In this document: positions 47,095 to 56,296 of the stretch, one piece after another
Numbering within the stretch: the stretch's first letter is position 1
How the letters are laid out: each line of letters starts with the position of its first letter
The notes under the pieces: generated by a model
What the model was told of the DNA's origin: nothing
Database searches by the model: none
The model's input: only the letters and a program-made list of their open reading frames with translations
Assembly (NCBI GenBank): GCA_965204285.1
Contig: OZ241980.1
Location: forward strand, 160,235 to 224,234
Length of the DNA: 64,000 nucleotides
Reading direction: 5' to 3'
Origin: Candidatus Poribacteria bacterium
GTDB taxonomy: Bacteria; Poribacteria; WGA-4E; WGA-3G
Made by a program: the position numbers and the translations under genes

Positions 47095-49491
47095 ATGAAA
47101 AGATTTTTGGCTTTTGCAATCGGAATGTTTTTTATGACTGCTATTCTCGGAAATGCGGACGCACAACTCCCAGATTTTCAGATTGATTCCGAAAGTATCA
47201 CCTTCTCTAATCCCAACCCCGTTGAAGGCGAAGAGATTACGATTTGGGTTGAGGTGAAAAACGTTGGAACTGAGACTCCCACGATGAACGAAGATTTGGT
47301 TGTTGATCTTTATGAAGGTGATCCAGCGACAGATCCACTCCAGATTTTAAGCAATGATGTCATCTTGGATTTGAAACCCGGAAAAACTGATCGTGTGGAG
47401 ATACAGTGGCAGCCGCCTGCTGGTAGAACTGAGATTTATGCTGTCGTCAACCCAACAGGTGATAAACATATTGTAGAATCTAACTATGCGAATAACAGAG
47501 CATCTGCAGGGATAGTTGCTACCGGGAGAACTTTCCCTGAAGTAACCCCAGAACAAATTCAAACGTCAATAGACCGGGGTGTTGCGTGGATAGAAGCACA
47601 ACAAGGAAAAAGTAGTCGTACCTGTTTGCAATGTGGTATTGAAAACCAGATGATTTTGACCTGTGTTATCTGTGGCGCAAGCCTGAAAGGTTTAGCAGAA
47701 AATTTTATACCGGGTTCCGTCTGGAATTTTGGTGAAGATCCACTACAAGAAACATCATTGGCATTGCAGGCATTGCTTGCCGTAGGACGCACCCCATCTG
47801 ATCTGTCTGTGCAGAAAGGTCTTGCGGATCTTCTTGAACGGGATTGGAATAATCTTGATGTGTACCAATATGCTGTACTCATTCCGGTATTGGTTGCAAT
47901 ACAGAACCCGGACTATCGTGAACGCGCGCAATTCGCAGTAAACCAGCTTGTAAAAAAACAACTCCCTATCCCCGGTAGCGAGTTCGCTGATCTGAGGGAT
48001 GATGGTGGTTGGGGCTATGGTTACTCAGCGGATGGTGCACACATGAACATGGTTATCTATGCGCTTTATGCTGCAAAGCAGTGGGGGCTTGAAATTCCAC
48101 AAGATACATGGACACGCGCAGAGAGGTGGATTCGTGGGAATCAGACTGACACGGGCGGGTGGCTCTATAATTTGGTTGAAGAGGGTTCACTGTGGGGAAT
48201 TGGCGTTTACGGTAGCATGACAGCGACAGGTTTGTGGGCACTTCGTGCCTGTGGTGTTTCCATTGATGATCCCCAGGTGCGAAAAGGCATTAGTTGGATA
48301 GCAAAGCACTGGTCACTTACACGAAATCCAGGATCGACTTCTTGGCTCTACTATTATCTTCTTTCTTTGCAACGTTTTAGTGATATTCCGCCAAAGGTTG
48401 ATAAATTAGCGGGGCACGACTGGTACAATGAAATTGCAAACATGATGGTCACCGAACAAAAATCGGACGGTAGTTGGGATAGCCCTGGAGCGGCGACTGA
48501 TTTTATGTCAACGTGTTTTGCAGTAATGTTTCTAAGTCGCGCGCTTGTCCGTCCGACAGCACCAAATATTGGTGTGGTCCCACAAAGTTTGCGATATTCA
48601 CCGCCATCTCCACGCGTTGGCGAAGCAGTTAAACTGAGTGCGACACTTAGGAACACTGGCACCCCTTTTGATAAAACGTTGAACGCCAAGTTTTATGCTG
48701 ATGACACTGAGGTACAAACAACAGAGGTTTTCTGGACATCCTCACTCAATGAGTCCGTTGTTTCAGTTGACTGGGTACCAAAACAAGAAGGTGAAATAGA
48801 GATTTCTGTCCAGGTAGACTTTGATGATTTTGATAAAAGCGACAATTCCGACTCAGTACTTCTCAATGTCTATCCAAAATCTACGTCCGCAACAGACACA
48901 CAGTTGGCAAAGATCAAGAAAATATCTGAAAATGTCTTTCAGATGGGTGTTGTTGTCGTTGATATAAAAAAAAAGGAAATTGTTGTCCCGGGCGAAGTTA
49001 ACATCGCAAGTGATGATGCAATAATTGAATTCTTTGCATGTGGAACACTCGGACCATCCCATGAGAGCATCTTGATGCTTGAGGCGGAACCAATTCATGT
49101 TTTTACTGCCCTCGGTTTACTGGATCTTGAATTCGGCATGAATCTTGAGGTTCAAGGTGATCCACGCGATCCTGAGGGATCTCACGTACAAATATGGGTT
49201 GAATGGAAACAGGGTGAAAAAGTTGTTTCGCGCCCTGCTCGTGAATTGGTGTGGAATACCATGTCTGGGCAACCGATGCAAAAAACACATTGGGTTTTTA
49301 CTGGCGGACGACTGAAAAAAAACCAACTAACCTCGCAACTCACGCATAATATCATTGCAGTATACCGCGATCCTGATTCACTCATCAACAACCCATTACC
49401 CGGTGCCACTGATGATCGCACTTATCTTGTCAATACCGATGTAGTACCACCTAAAGGCACAAAAGTTAAGGTTATCATTCGTCCGATATAA
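47095..49491 (+). CDS. Secreted multidomain protein: CARDB, prenyltransferase/terpene-cyclase-like alpha-alpha repeats, CARDB, then a C-terminal domain of unknown function
   Basis: CARDB-like segments (EEITIWVEVKNVGTE; GEAVKLSATLRNTGTP). Repeated GGWGY, TGGWLY and DGSWDS motifs are present. An inserted CxxC...CxxC ribbon (CLQCGIENQMILTCVICG) is also present. Confidence 0.75.
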   Translation: MKRFLAFAIGMFFMTAILGNADAQLPDFQIDSESITFSNPNPVEGEEITIWVEVKNVGTETPTMNEDLVVDLYEGDPATDPLQILSNDVILDLKPGKTDRVEIQWQPPAGRTEIYAVVNPTGDKHIVESNYANNRASAGIVATGRTFPEVTPEQIQTSIDRGVAWIEAQQGKSSRTCLQCGIENQMILTCVICGASLKGLAENFIPGSVWNFGEDPLQETSLALQALLAVGRTPSDLSVQKGLADLLERDWNNLDVYQYAVLIPVLVAIQNPDYRERAQFAVNQLVKKQLPIPGSEFADLRDDGGWGYGYSADGAHMNMVIYALYAAKQWGLEIPQDTWTRAERWIRGNQTDTGGWLYNLVEEGSLWGIGVYGSMTATGLWALRACGVSIDDPQVRKGISWIAKHWSLTRNPGSTSWLYYYLLSLQRFSDIPPKVDKLAGHDWYNEIANMMVTEQKSDGSWDSPGAATDFMSTCFAVMFLSRALVRPTAPNIGVVPQSLRYSPPSPRVGEAVKLSATLRNTGTPFDKTLNAKFYADDTEVQTTEVFWTSSLNESVVSVDWVPKQEGEIEISVQVDFDDFDKSDNSDSVLLNVYPKSTSATDTQLAKIKKISENVFQMGVVVVDIKKKEIVVPGEVNIASDDAIIEFFACGTLGPSHESILMLEAEPIHVFTALGLLDLEFGMNLEVQGDPRDPEGSHVQIWVEWKQGEKVVSRPARELVWNTMSGQPMQKTHWVFTGGRLKKNQLTSQLTHNIIAVYRDPDSLINNPLPGATDDRTYLVNTDVVPPKGTKVKVIIRPI

Positions 49492-49550
49492 TCTTCAAAC
49501 ACAAGTTATTATAGATTCGCTACAGGAAATTAAAATTTAGGTGAAAAACA

Positions 49551-49733
49551 ATGCCTATTTATGAATACCGTTGCAACTCTTGTGAAACCAATTTCGAGGT
49601 GTTACAACGCACAAATGACACGAAAAACGTCCTGAAATGTCCTAATTGTGGCACAAAAGATACGAAAAAACGTTTTTCAGCATTTGCAGCTATGGGAACT
49701 CAAAAGGAAACTGCTAAGGATAGTGGAACCTGA
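49551..49733 (+). CDS. FmdB-family zinc-ribbon protein
   Basis: MPIYEYRCNSCETNFEV...LKCPNCGTKDTKKRFS matches the CxxC_CxxC_SSSS signature. Length is 60 aa. Confidence 0.75.
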   Translation: MPIYEYRCNSCETNFEVLQRTNDTKNVLKCPNCGTKDTKKRFSAFAAMGTQKETAKDSGT

Positions 49734-49763
49734 GCGCTCCCTAATTAGTGACAGTTTGTCCTC

Positions 49764-51173
49764 ATGAAACAAAAGCCTGAAGCAAAACCTGTAAATATCC
49801 TTCGTGAAATCGGAGGAAACAAAATCGCCCCAGTTTATCTGCTCTGTGGTAAAGAGACCTTTCTTATTGAAGGGACGCTCAAACAGATGCTGGATAAACT
49901 CCTGCCATCCGATACTCGTGATTTCAACTTAACTTTTTTTGATGGTAACACCGTCACTGTCAGAGAGATTCTCAGTAATGCTGAGACCTATCCGATGATG
50001 TCAGAACGGCGGGTTATCGTAGTGGAAGATTTTCCCGCATTTAAGGCTCAGAAACGAAGCACCTCGCCGCTAAATATTATTCGTAATGCGATGCAGGTTG
50101 AAACCGAAGATATTCAAAAATGTGTTACGGATATTGCTAAACTTCTTGGCGTTTCTACGCAGCAAATTACCGATGGGCATGCAGATTTCTACAGTGCTGT
50201 GGAAGAGATGAGTGAAACATTGGGAGGTGGATTAACTGAAGATGTAAAGACCTTTTTCGGACGTTTACCTGAACTTGCTGCGCAACTGGAAATCCATTCT
50301 GAGAATAGTAGCAATGATGGCGATGCAGATACGTTGTTGGAATGGCTTCAAGGCGACCTTCCTGATACAAGTGTACTTATTTTTACAGTGAAGGACGAGG
50401 TAAGTGAGAGAAATCGAATTGCTAAAGCAATTCAAGAAGTGGGTAAATATGTCTCTTTTGATCCTTTAGAAAAAGGACCATCGCTCAATCGGGATCCGCT
50501 TTACAAAAAAGTTGTGGAAAAGTTCGCTACATTCAATAAGAAAATTACGCCACGCGCTTTTGAACAACTCCGTAGCCGAACGGGTGGTGACATGCACACA
50601 ATCGCTGAGGCAATTGATAAAATTATCAACTTTGTTGAGGATAAACAGCAAATAGATGAACTTGATATCCGTAATTTGGTAACACAGAGCACTTTTGACA
50701 GAATTTTTGATCTGACCGATGCACTTGGAAAACGTTCAGTTCGACAGGCATTGAAGAGTCTGCGTGAAGTATTAGCAAGTGGTCAGGAACCGATCCCACT
50801 TACCGCCTCAATAGCAAGCCATCTTCGTTTAACGCTTCAAGCGAAATTAATCGTTGGGAAAAAAGGCATGAAGCCGATAAGTAATCAGATGCGCTATCCT
50901 GATTTTACTGCAAAAATTTTCCAACCGCTCGCTGATGAAATAGGAGATCTCTTGCCTAATTCAGCATCGTATAACATCATGAAACGTAATCCTTACATTG
51001 CATTCAAGATTTTTCAGACGTTACGTGCTTTCACCACTGCAGAATTGATGACTGCCTTAGAAAAGACATTAGAAGTGGAAATTCAATTGAAAACAACCCA
51101 ATGTGATGGAGAAGTTCTGCTGGAACAGTTAGTTTATGATATATGTAACAGTTCTAAGCATCAGTGGAATTAA
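49764..51173 (+). CDS. holA: DNA polymerase III delta subunit with a ~100-aa internal insertion
   Basis: APVYLLCGKETFLIEGTLKQMLDKLL...FNLTFFDG...AETYPMMSERRVIVVED is a typical HolA N-terminus. The C-terminal helical domains are present. At 469 aa it is longer than the ~340 aa I recall as typical. Confidence 0.75.
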   Translation: MKQKPEAKPVNILREIGGNKIAPVYLLCGKETFLIEGTLKQMLDKLLPSDTRDFNLTFFDGNTVTVREILSNAETYPMMSERRVIVVEDFPAFKAQKRSTSPLNIIRNAMQVETEDIQKCVTDIAKLLGVSTQQITDGHADFYSAVEEMSETLGGGLTEDVKTFFGRLPELAAQLEIHSENSSNDGDADTLLEWLQGDLPDTSVLIFTVKDEVSERNRIAKAIQEVGKYVSFDPLEKGPSLNRDPLYKKVVEKFATFNKKITPRAFEQLRSRTGGDMHTIAEAIDKIINFVEDKQQIDELDIRNLVTQSTFDRIFDLTDALGKRSVRQALKSLREVLASGQEPIPLTASIASHLRLTLQAKLIVGKKGMKPISNQMRYPDFTAKIFQPLADEIGDLLPNSASYNIMKRNPYIAFKIFQTLRAFTTAELMTALEKTLEVEIQLKTTQCDGEVLLEQLVYDICNSSKHQWN

Positions 51174-51337
51174 GGAGGGTAAATGTGCTCTTATAACCCA
51201 AGTTGTTACCTAATAAGATTTTAGATATTTAGGCACAGCGTTTAATCATGAATAGTTCAGTATTCGCACATTTTGTACCGCAAACTTTTAGTTTGCGCTA
51301 CTTATGTGACAACTTAGTGCTTTGTCCACATATTATT

Positions 51338-51406
51338 GTAGGTCGCGATTCGGAGATCGCTCCTACCGATGGACTGCTTATGGTAGGAGGGAACTCCGAA
51401 TCCCGA
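51338..51406. repeat. REP-like palindromic unit, copy 4 (arms in inside-out order)
   Basis: TGTAG-GTCGCGATTCGGAGATCGCTCCTAC - 16 nt - GTAGGAGGGAACTCCGAATCCCGAC. Confidence 0.75.
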
Positions 51407-51465
51407 CCCCTTTCAATCCCATCAATTAGCGATTGACTAAGCATTAGGTTCTTATAGGTAAAAAA

Positions 51466-52251
51466 ATGATATTCCAGCACCTGATCACAGGTTTTCTTTT
51501 ATTATCATTGGTTACGTTGGGTGCCCAAGCACTGCCGCCAACATCCCCCGCGGGAGGGAAAATGCTGCACTTAGATAAAACTCACGATTATGTTGGCACT
51601 GGCGAGGCGTGGCTTCCTGGTGAACAGTTTGAACAGTTGACTGTTGAGGCATGGATTTACTTTGAAGAACCTCCAGGACCATCTAAATATTGGTCAGTCA
51701 TTGGTCAGGAAGGAAGATTCAATTTGGTTGTGACAGGTGGGGGTTCCTTAGGGTCTTGGGCGGCTCATCAGGACGCAGAAGGAAACGCTTCACTGACTGT
51801 TAACTCTTTACCGTTGCCTATAGGGGAATGGGTGCATGTCGTTGGAATGTACTATGCTAAAGCGGGCATGGGATTTAACGGCAAAGGCGGCATTTGGTGT
51901 TGTCCGGGTGGACATTTCGTCAAATCGTATAAGCCCTTACGTATTGGTGGCATCATTCCTAAAAATCAAGAAAAACCCCGTTTCAGTGGAGAAAATGTGA
52001 AATTTCAAGGGTATATTGATGAAGTGCGAATTTCGAATATTCTGCGATATCCGGATAGGAATTGGAAAATTCCGCAAAGAAAATTCAGTGAAGATGAACA
52101 TACTATTTCACTATGGCATTTTGATGAAGAATCTTTTTCCCGTCGTTATATGGATAAATCTGGAAACGGTTACGATCTCTGGAGAGGTGATGTGTTGCCA
52201 ATCTCTGCAGAGAAGAAACTTAGCGTTCTGTGGGGAGAGCTTAAGCGTTGA
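51466..52251 (+). CDS. Secreted LamG/concanavalin-A-like lectin-fold protein, tandem paralogue 1, with a C-terminal KLSVLWGELKR tail
   Basis: Signal peptide. LamG_3-like landmarks are present (LHLDKTHDYV, LTVEAWIYFE, WVHVVGMY, GYIDEVRISN). Confidence 0.75.
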   Translation: MIFQHLITGFLLLSLVTLGAQALPPTSPAGGKMLHLDKTHDYVGTGEAWLPGEQFEQLTVEAWIYFEEPPGPSKYWSVIGQEGRFNLVVTGGGSLGSWAAHQDAEGNASLTVNSLPLPIGEWVHVVGMYYAKAGMGFNGKGGIWCCPGGHFVKSYKPLRIGGIIPKNQEKPRFSGENVKFQGYIDEVRISNILRYPDRNWKIPQRKFSEDEHTISLWHFDEESFSRRYMDKSGNGYDLWRGDVLPISAEKKLSVLWGELKR

Positions 52252-52303
52252 ATTTTATAGTAGATTTTAGAATTAATTAAACACTGTAAACAAGCGAGGT
52301 CTC

Positions 52304-53113
52304 GTGCCTCAAGGTAAAAAGATGGTATACCGATTACTCATTACAAGTTTTCTTTTGGTAATATGTATTTTGCTAAATGCTCAAGCAGTGCCACCACCAT
52401 CACCTCAAGAAGGGAGGATGTTGCGGCTGGATGAAAAACACGATTATGTTGGAACCGTCGACTCGTGGTTTCCTGATGAACAGTTTGAGCAATTAACTAT
52501 TGAAGCCTGGGTCTACTTTGAAGAACCTCCAGGACCATTGAAATTTTGGTCAATTTTTGGTCAGGAAGGACGATTCAATTTAGTGATTGCTGGCAGTAAG
52601 GGTGTTTTAGGTTCATGGGCAGCTCACAATGGCCGAGGACAAGACGCTTCAATAACTGTTCAAATAAATCCGCTTCCCACAAAGCAATGGGTACACGTCG
52701 TTGGGATGTATTATGCCAAAGCAGGCATGGGAATTAACGGCAAAGGCGGCATTTGGTGCTGTCCGGGTGGACATCTCGTTAACTCAAATAAACCCTTTCG
52801 CATTGGCGGAATTGTTGTCCCGCAAGATCAACAAGCACCTCGTTTCGTTGGAGAAAATGTGAAATTTAGAGGATATATTGATGAAGTGCGAATTTCGAAT
52901 ATTCTGCGATATCCGGATAGGAATTGGAAAATTCCAGAAAGAAAATTCAGGGTAGATGAAAATACCATTTCACTTTGGCATTTTGATGAAGCACCTTGGT
53001 CAGGTCATTTCAAAGATGAATCTGGAAACGGTTATGACCTTTGGAGAGGTGATGCTATGTCCGTTGAAGCACAAGGGAAATTAACAACTAAATGGGGAGA
53101 ACTGAAGCGATAA
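52304..53113 (+). CDS. Secreted LamG/concanavalin-A-like lectin-fold protein, tandem paralogue 2, with a C-terminal KLTTKWGELKR tail
   Basis: It has the same landmarks as paralogue 1. GTG start; an alternative ATG lies at 52322. Confidence 0.75.
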   Translation: MPQGKKMVYRLLITSFLLVICILLNAQAVPPPSPQEGRMLRLDEKHDYVGTVDSWFPDEQFEQLTIEAWVYFEEPPGPLKFWSIFGQEGRFNLVIAGSKGVLGSWAAHNGRGQDASITVQINPLPTKQWVHVVGMYYAKAGMGINGKGGIWCCPGGHLVNSNKPFRIGGIVVPQDQQAPRFVGENVKFRGYIDEVRISNILRYPDRNWKIPERKFRVDENTISLWHFDEAPWSGHFKDESGNGYDLWRGDAMSVEAQGKLTTKWGELKR

Positions 53114-53139
53114 AATTCTTCAGGAGACAGTCCAAAGCA

Positions 53140-53871
53140 TTAATGCGTAAGTGAATAGATAACAGCATTGATACCTATTTTCAGTGCTATATTGGAGTAC
53201 TCCTTCGGATAATAATCTTCTGCGGCGTGTTCCCACGCATCACCGAGGTCTGAATTGAAACATATCAACATCATGAGTCGTCCTTTGTCATCAAATACGC
53301 CCATATATTTTGCTGGATGTCCATCATAGCGTTCATAAGTCTGTCCACTGAAAAGCGCACGAAGTCCAGGAATCTGTATCAGTTTTTCTATTCTAAAGAA
53401 ACATCGGAAAATCGGATGGGACACAGGGATTTCCACAGGTTCACGCTTTGGAAAGACTTTTTTGAATTCAGTATGAAACCTTTTCCATTCCAACCCCCCG
53501 TGAAAGTCGTCAACAAATATGAACCCGCCTCGTAAGAGATATTCACGCAAGTTTTTAGCATCTGTTTTGCTAAGCCGCATACTCCCCACTTCTAATAAAT
53601 AGGCAAATGGATAATCAAATAGTTCCTCTGACCAAACTGGAACAATTTTTCCGTCAGGTGCAGCATCAATACTGGTCTGTTTTCGGAGTTGGTAGATAAA
53701 ATTTCGGTCAGAAGCAGGAAAATCTACCTCCCAATTGCTCAACTGGGTGAGTTTGCCCCGATATTGCAGACGAACAAAGGTAAATTCAGCCTCTCGGTTT
53801 GCCTGCGAATCCAGAAGCGTGTTAGGGAAAAACGTTGTAATGAGAACGGTGAATGAGATTATAATTCGCAT
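53140..53871 (-). CDS. DUF4159-like secreted protein
   Basis: FTFVRLQYRG...W.VDFPASDRNF...LFDYPFAYLLEVGSMRLS...LREYLLRGGFIFVDDFHG...VFP...EIPVSHPIF matches my recollection of the DUF4159 pattern. Confidence 0.65.
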   Translation of the reverse strand: MRIIISFTVLITTFFPNTLLDSQANREAEFTFVRLQYRGKLTQLSNWEVDFPASDRNFIYQLRKQTSIDAAPDGKIVPVWSEELFDYPFAYLLEVGSMRLSKTDAKNLREYLLRGGFIFVDDFHGGLEWKRFHTEFKKVFPKREPVEIPVSHPIFRCFFRIEKLIQIPGLRALFSGQTYERYDGHPAKYMGVFDDKGRLMMLICFNSDLGDAWEHAAEDYYPKEYSNIALKIGINAVIYSLTH

Positions 53872-53877
53872 ATTTCT

Positions 53878-56277
53878 TTAAAAACCGTGATACCATGAAA
53901 AAGAAGTTTGGAAATCTTCCCATGAATCTAATGTTTTTGCTATATTAATTCTAAATGAACCTTCTTCTTGAAACTGTAAACCGATGCCTACATCTGCTTT
54001 TGGATTGAATGTGAACTTTTCATCTGATATATTCCAAACTTGTCCTTCGTCAAGGAAAAAGACAAGAAAGGCGTTTTTGAAAATCCTCCATTTTGACAGG
54101 TTTGCTAAACGGTAGTGATATTCAACGTTCAGTAAAAATCCACGATCTCCCATAAACGCATATTGTGAGTAACCGTACCATGACTTCGTAGACGCTCCTT
54201 TCTCAATATTGTTGGTGGGAACATATAATGGATAACCTCTCAACCCACCAAGACCGCTTATAACAAACTTTCTTTGAATCGGTAAGGATGTATCAGCAAA
54301 ACCGAAAAACAATCGTGTGCGGATACGGTTGTCGTCTAAAGGAAAGGCGTAGCGAAAGTGCAATTGAACCCGTGTAAAATCGAAATCAGAACCGACAACT
54401 GAGTTGCTATGCTCAACGAGGAGTGTATTATGCCATCCGAGGAAATCTACACGTGTATCAAAATCGTATTGAAAAGTGAGGCTTCGCATTTGGCCAGAGT
54501 CAATTGAAGGATTCTCTCTGGCTTCTAATTCTTTTATTAACCATTTTAATGTGTTCCAATTTGTACTTTTTTCAAGGCTTCTGTGTGATTCTACAAGCAT
54601 TCCCAATTTGAAGGAATGGGTCGGCATTGCAGGACTCCACCGTAAGGCAACCTCTCCCCCTTGTCTTAAATAATAATTTTGAAGGTCGGGATATCCAAAA
54701 ACACGCTGAAAGACAGATAGACCATGATTATAGTTTGGAAAAAGTTCAGGTGCCATCGCACTCGTTTGTCTGTGGAGTTGTGCAGTCAAGCCGAGATTCC
54801 ATATATACGGTTTTCCCCAGTTTGCTCTTGCCCCAAAACGATAATGAAAATGTGGATTTCCAAAGGTATAACTAATCTTTCCAAATAGGTTATAGGTTTG
54901 CGTGTTCAAAGAATCCTGCACGTTCCACATCCACAAAGGACCGACATCAATTGGTTTTCCCATCTGAAAGCCAGTGCCAATTTCCCAATTGGTTACACGG
55001 TTAAATCCCAAAAACAGCGGCGGACGAAGTCCAAGATAGGCATTTGAGGAGAGGCGTTTTTCATCAACGGTAATCGTTGCAACACGGGTAAAATTCTCTT
55101 CGGTGACTTTTAGGTTGATCTTTTTAAAATAGGGCATCACTTTAAACAGCGTTTTCAGTGCCTGTTCAATATTTTCAGAACCGTTATTAAGTGTTTGGTG
55201 GATACGTTCTTCTGAAATTTGCTGATTTCCTTGAATACGTATTTCATGAATAGGTGCGTCTCCTGCTCTGAATCTTGTCGCTGCGTGGAGGAATAACTCA
55301 TCGGTCTCAAGACTTGTAATGGTCTTTTTGATATTTCGATTTGCACCCGATTGTGTGATTGTTAGAGACTTAAGAATTGATAGTGATTTTGATGACCTCC
55401 GACGGTTCTCAACAGTAAGGATAGCAATGCTTTTTCCTTTCTCCTCTGTGATGCGAACAGATATTTTTCGACGATTACCAAGCGATTTGATAATCATTGG
55501 CAGCACATTTTCCAAGTCACCTGATCCGCTTTTCAGAAATTTTAAGATGTTGGTTCTTTCTGGACTTTTCGTGTTCTGAATTACGAAATCATGAATCTGA
55601 ATCCCTTCAAATTTCCAAGATGATGCTACTAAGGGTGTTTGTGAATCTACATCTAAAATATTAAGACTTTTCTTTTCTTGGACAGGTCTACTTGGACCTG
55701 TTGTCTTTGAAGTTGATGGATTAGGTACAGGCACTGCAGTTTCAGATGATGGCTTAGGTGGTGCGACAATTGTGTCTGGTAACCTCCGAAGTTTTTTCAA
55801 TTCCGGTATATCAATACCGAGTTGATTTAGATGTCGTAACAAATCTCCAATCTGCTGCGGTGGAATCTCACCTATTATATTTATGAGATATACACCCTCT
55901 CCGCTGTTGATGATAACAAAGATTCCAACAATGAAATTTCCTTGCTTAAACGTGTAAAGGGAAAATCTGTTACTTTTTTGATATGCGTTCCATCCGCGTG
56001 CTGGTAATCTATTCTTGTAATACTGCAGCATCTGTGGATAATTTAAGCCTTTTCTATGATAATTGCGTAGATATAGGTTGTCCACCGTCTTATACAGTGA
56101 AGCAATTTCAGCATTCGGGTTTTCCATTATCTGCGTGATGATGCGGCGGTCCAAATCAAATTTAAATTGGGCAGATGGCGCATTAGGCCAATTGAAAGAT
56201 ACTTTTCCTCTACCTTTTTGTGCGCTTACAGTCCCGCAGAGAAGGAAAAAACACATTACGATGACAACTTTTTTCAT
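53878..56277 (-). CDS. Omp85/BamA-superfamily outer membrane protein, paralogue B, with an atypical N-terminal domain
   Basis: Signal peptide. The ~160-aa N-terminal domain is shared with paralogue A. A POTRA-like segment (IHEIRIQGNQQISEERIHQTL) is present. The C-terminal surface-antigen beta-barrel ends in an aromatic residue (SFSWYHGF*). Confidence 0.8.
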   Translation of the reverse strand: MKKVVIVMCFFLLCGTVSAQKGRGKVSFNWPNAPSAQFKFDLDRRIITQIMENPNAEIASLYKTVDNLYLRNYHRKGLNYPQMLQYYKNRLPARGWNAYQKSNRFSLYTFKQGNFIVGIFVIINSGEGVYLINIIGEIPPQQIGDLLRHLNQLGIDIPELKKLRRLPDTIVAPPKPSSETAVPVPNPSTSKTTGPSRPVQEKKSLNILDVDSQTPLVASSWKFEGIQIHDFVIQNTKSPERTNILKFLKSGSGDLENVLPMIIKSLGNRRKISVRITEEKGKSIAILTVENRRRSSKSLSILKSLTITQSGANRNIKKTITSLETDELFLHAATRFRAGDAPIHEIRIQGNQQISEERIHQTLNNGSENIEQALKTLFKVMPYFKKINLKVTEENFTRVATITVDEKRLSSNAYLGLRPPLFLGFNRVTNWEIGTGFQMGKPIDVGPLWMWNVQDSLNTQTYNLFGKISYTFGNPHFHYRFGARANWGKPYIWNLGLTAQLHRQTSAMAPELFPNYNHGLSVFQRVFGYPDLQNYYLRQGGEVALRWSPAMPTHSFKLGMLVESHRSLEKSTNWNTLKWLIKELEARENPSIDSGQMRSLTFQYDFDTRVDFLGWHNTLLVEHSNSVVGSDFDFTRVQLHFRYAFPLDDNRIRTRLFFGFADTSLPIQRKFVISGLGGLRGYPLYVPTNNIEKGASTKSWYGYSQYAFMGDRGFLLNVEYHYRLANLSKWRIFKNAFLVFFLDEGQVWNISDEKFTFNPKADVGIGLQFQEEGSFRINIAKTLDSWEDFQTSFSWYHGF

Positions 56278-56296
56278 CGGAATTCCTTATGACTTT

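Noticed and set aside
51248-51480. 62-aa and 60-aa ORFs between holA and the first LamG gene
   Set aside because: Both read straight through REP-like unit copy 4, which is repeat DNA also present in three other intergenic sites.
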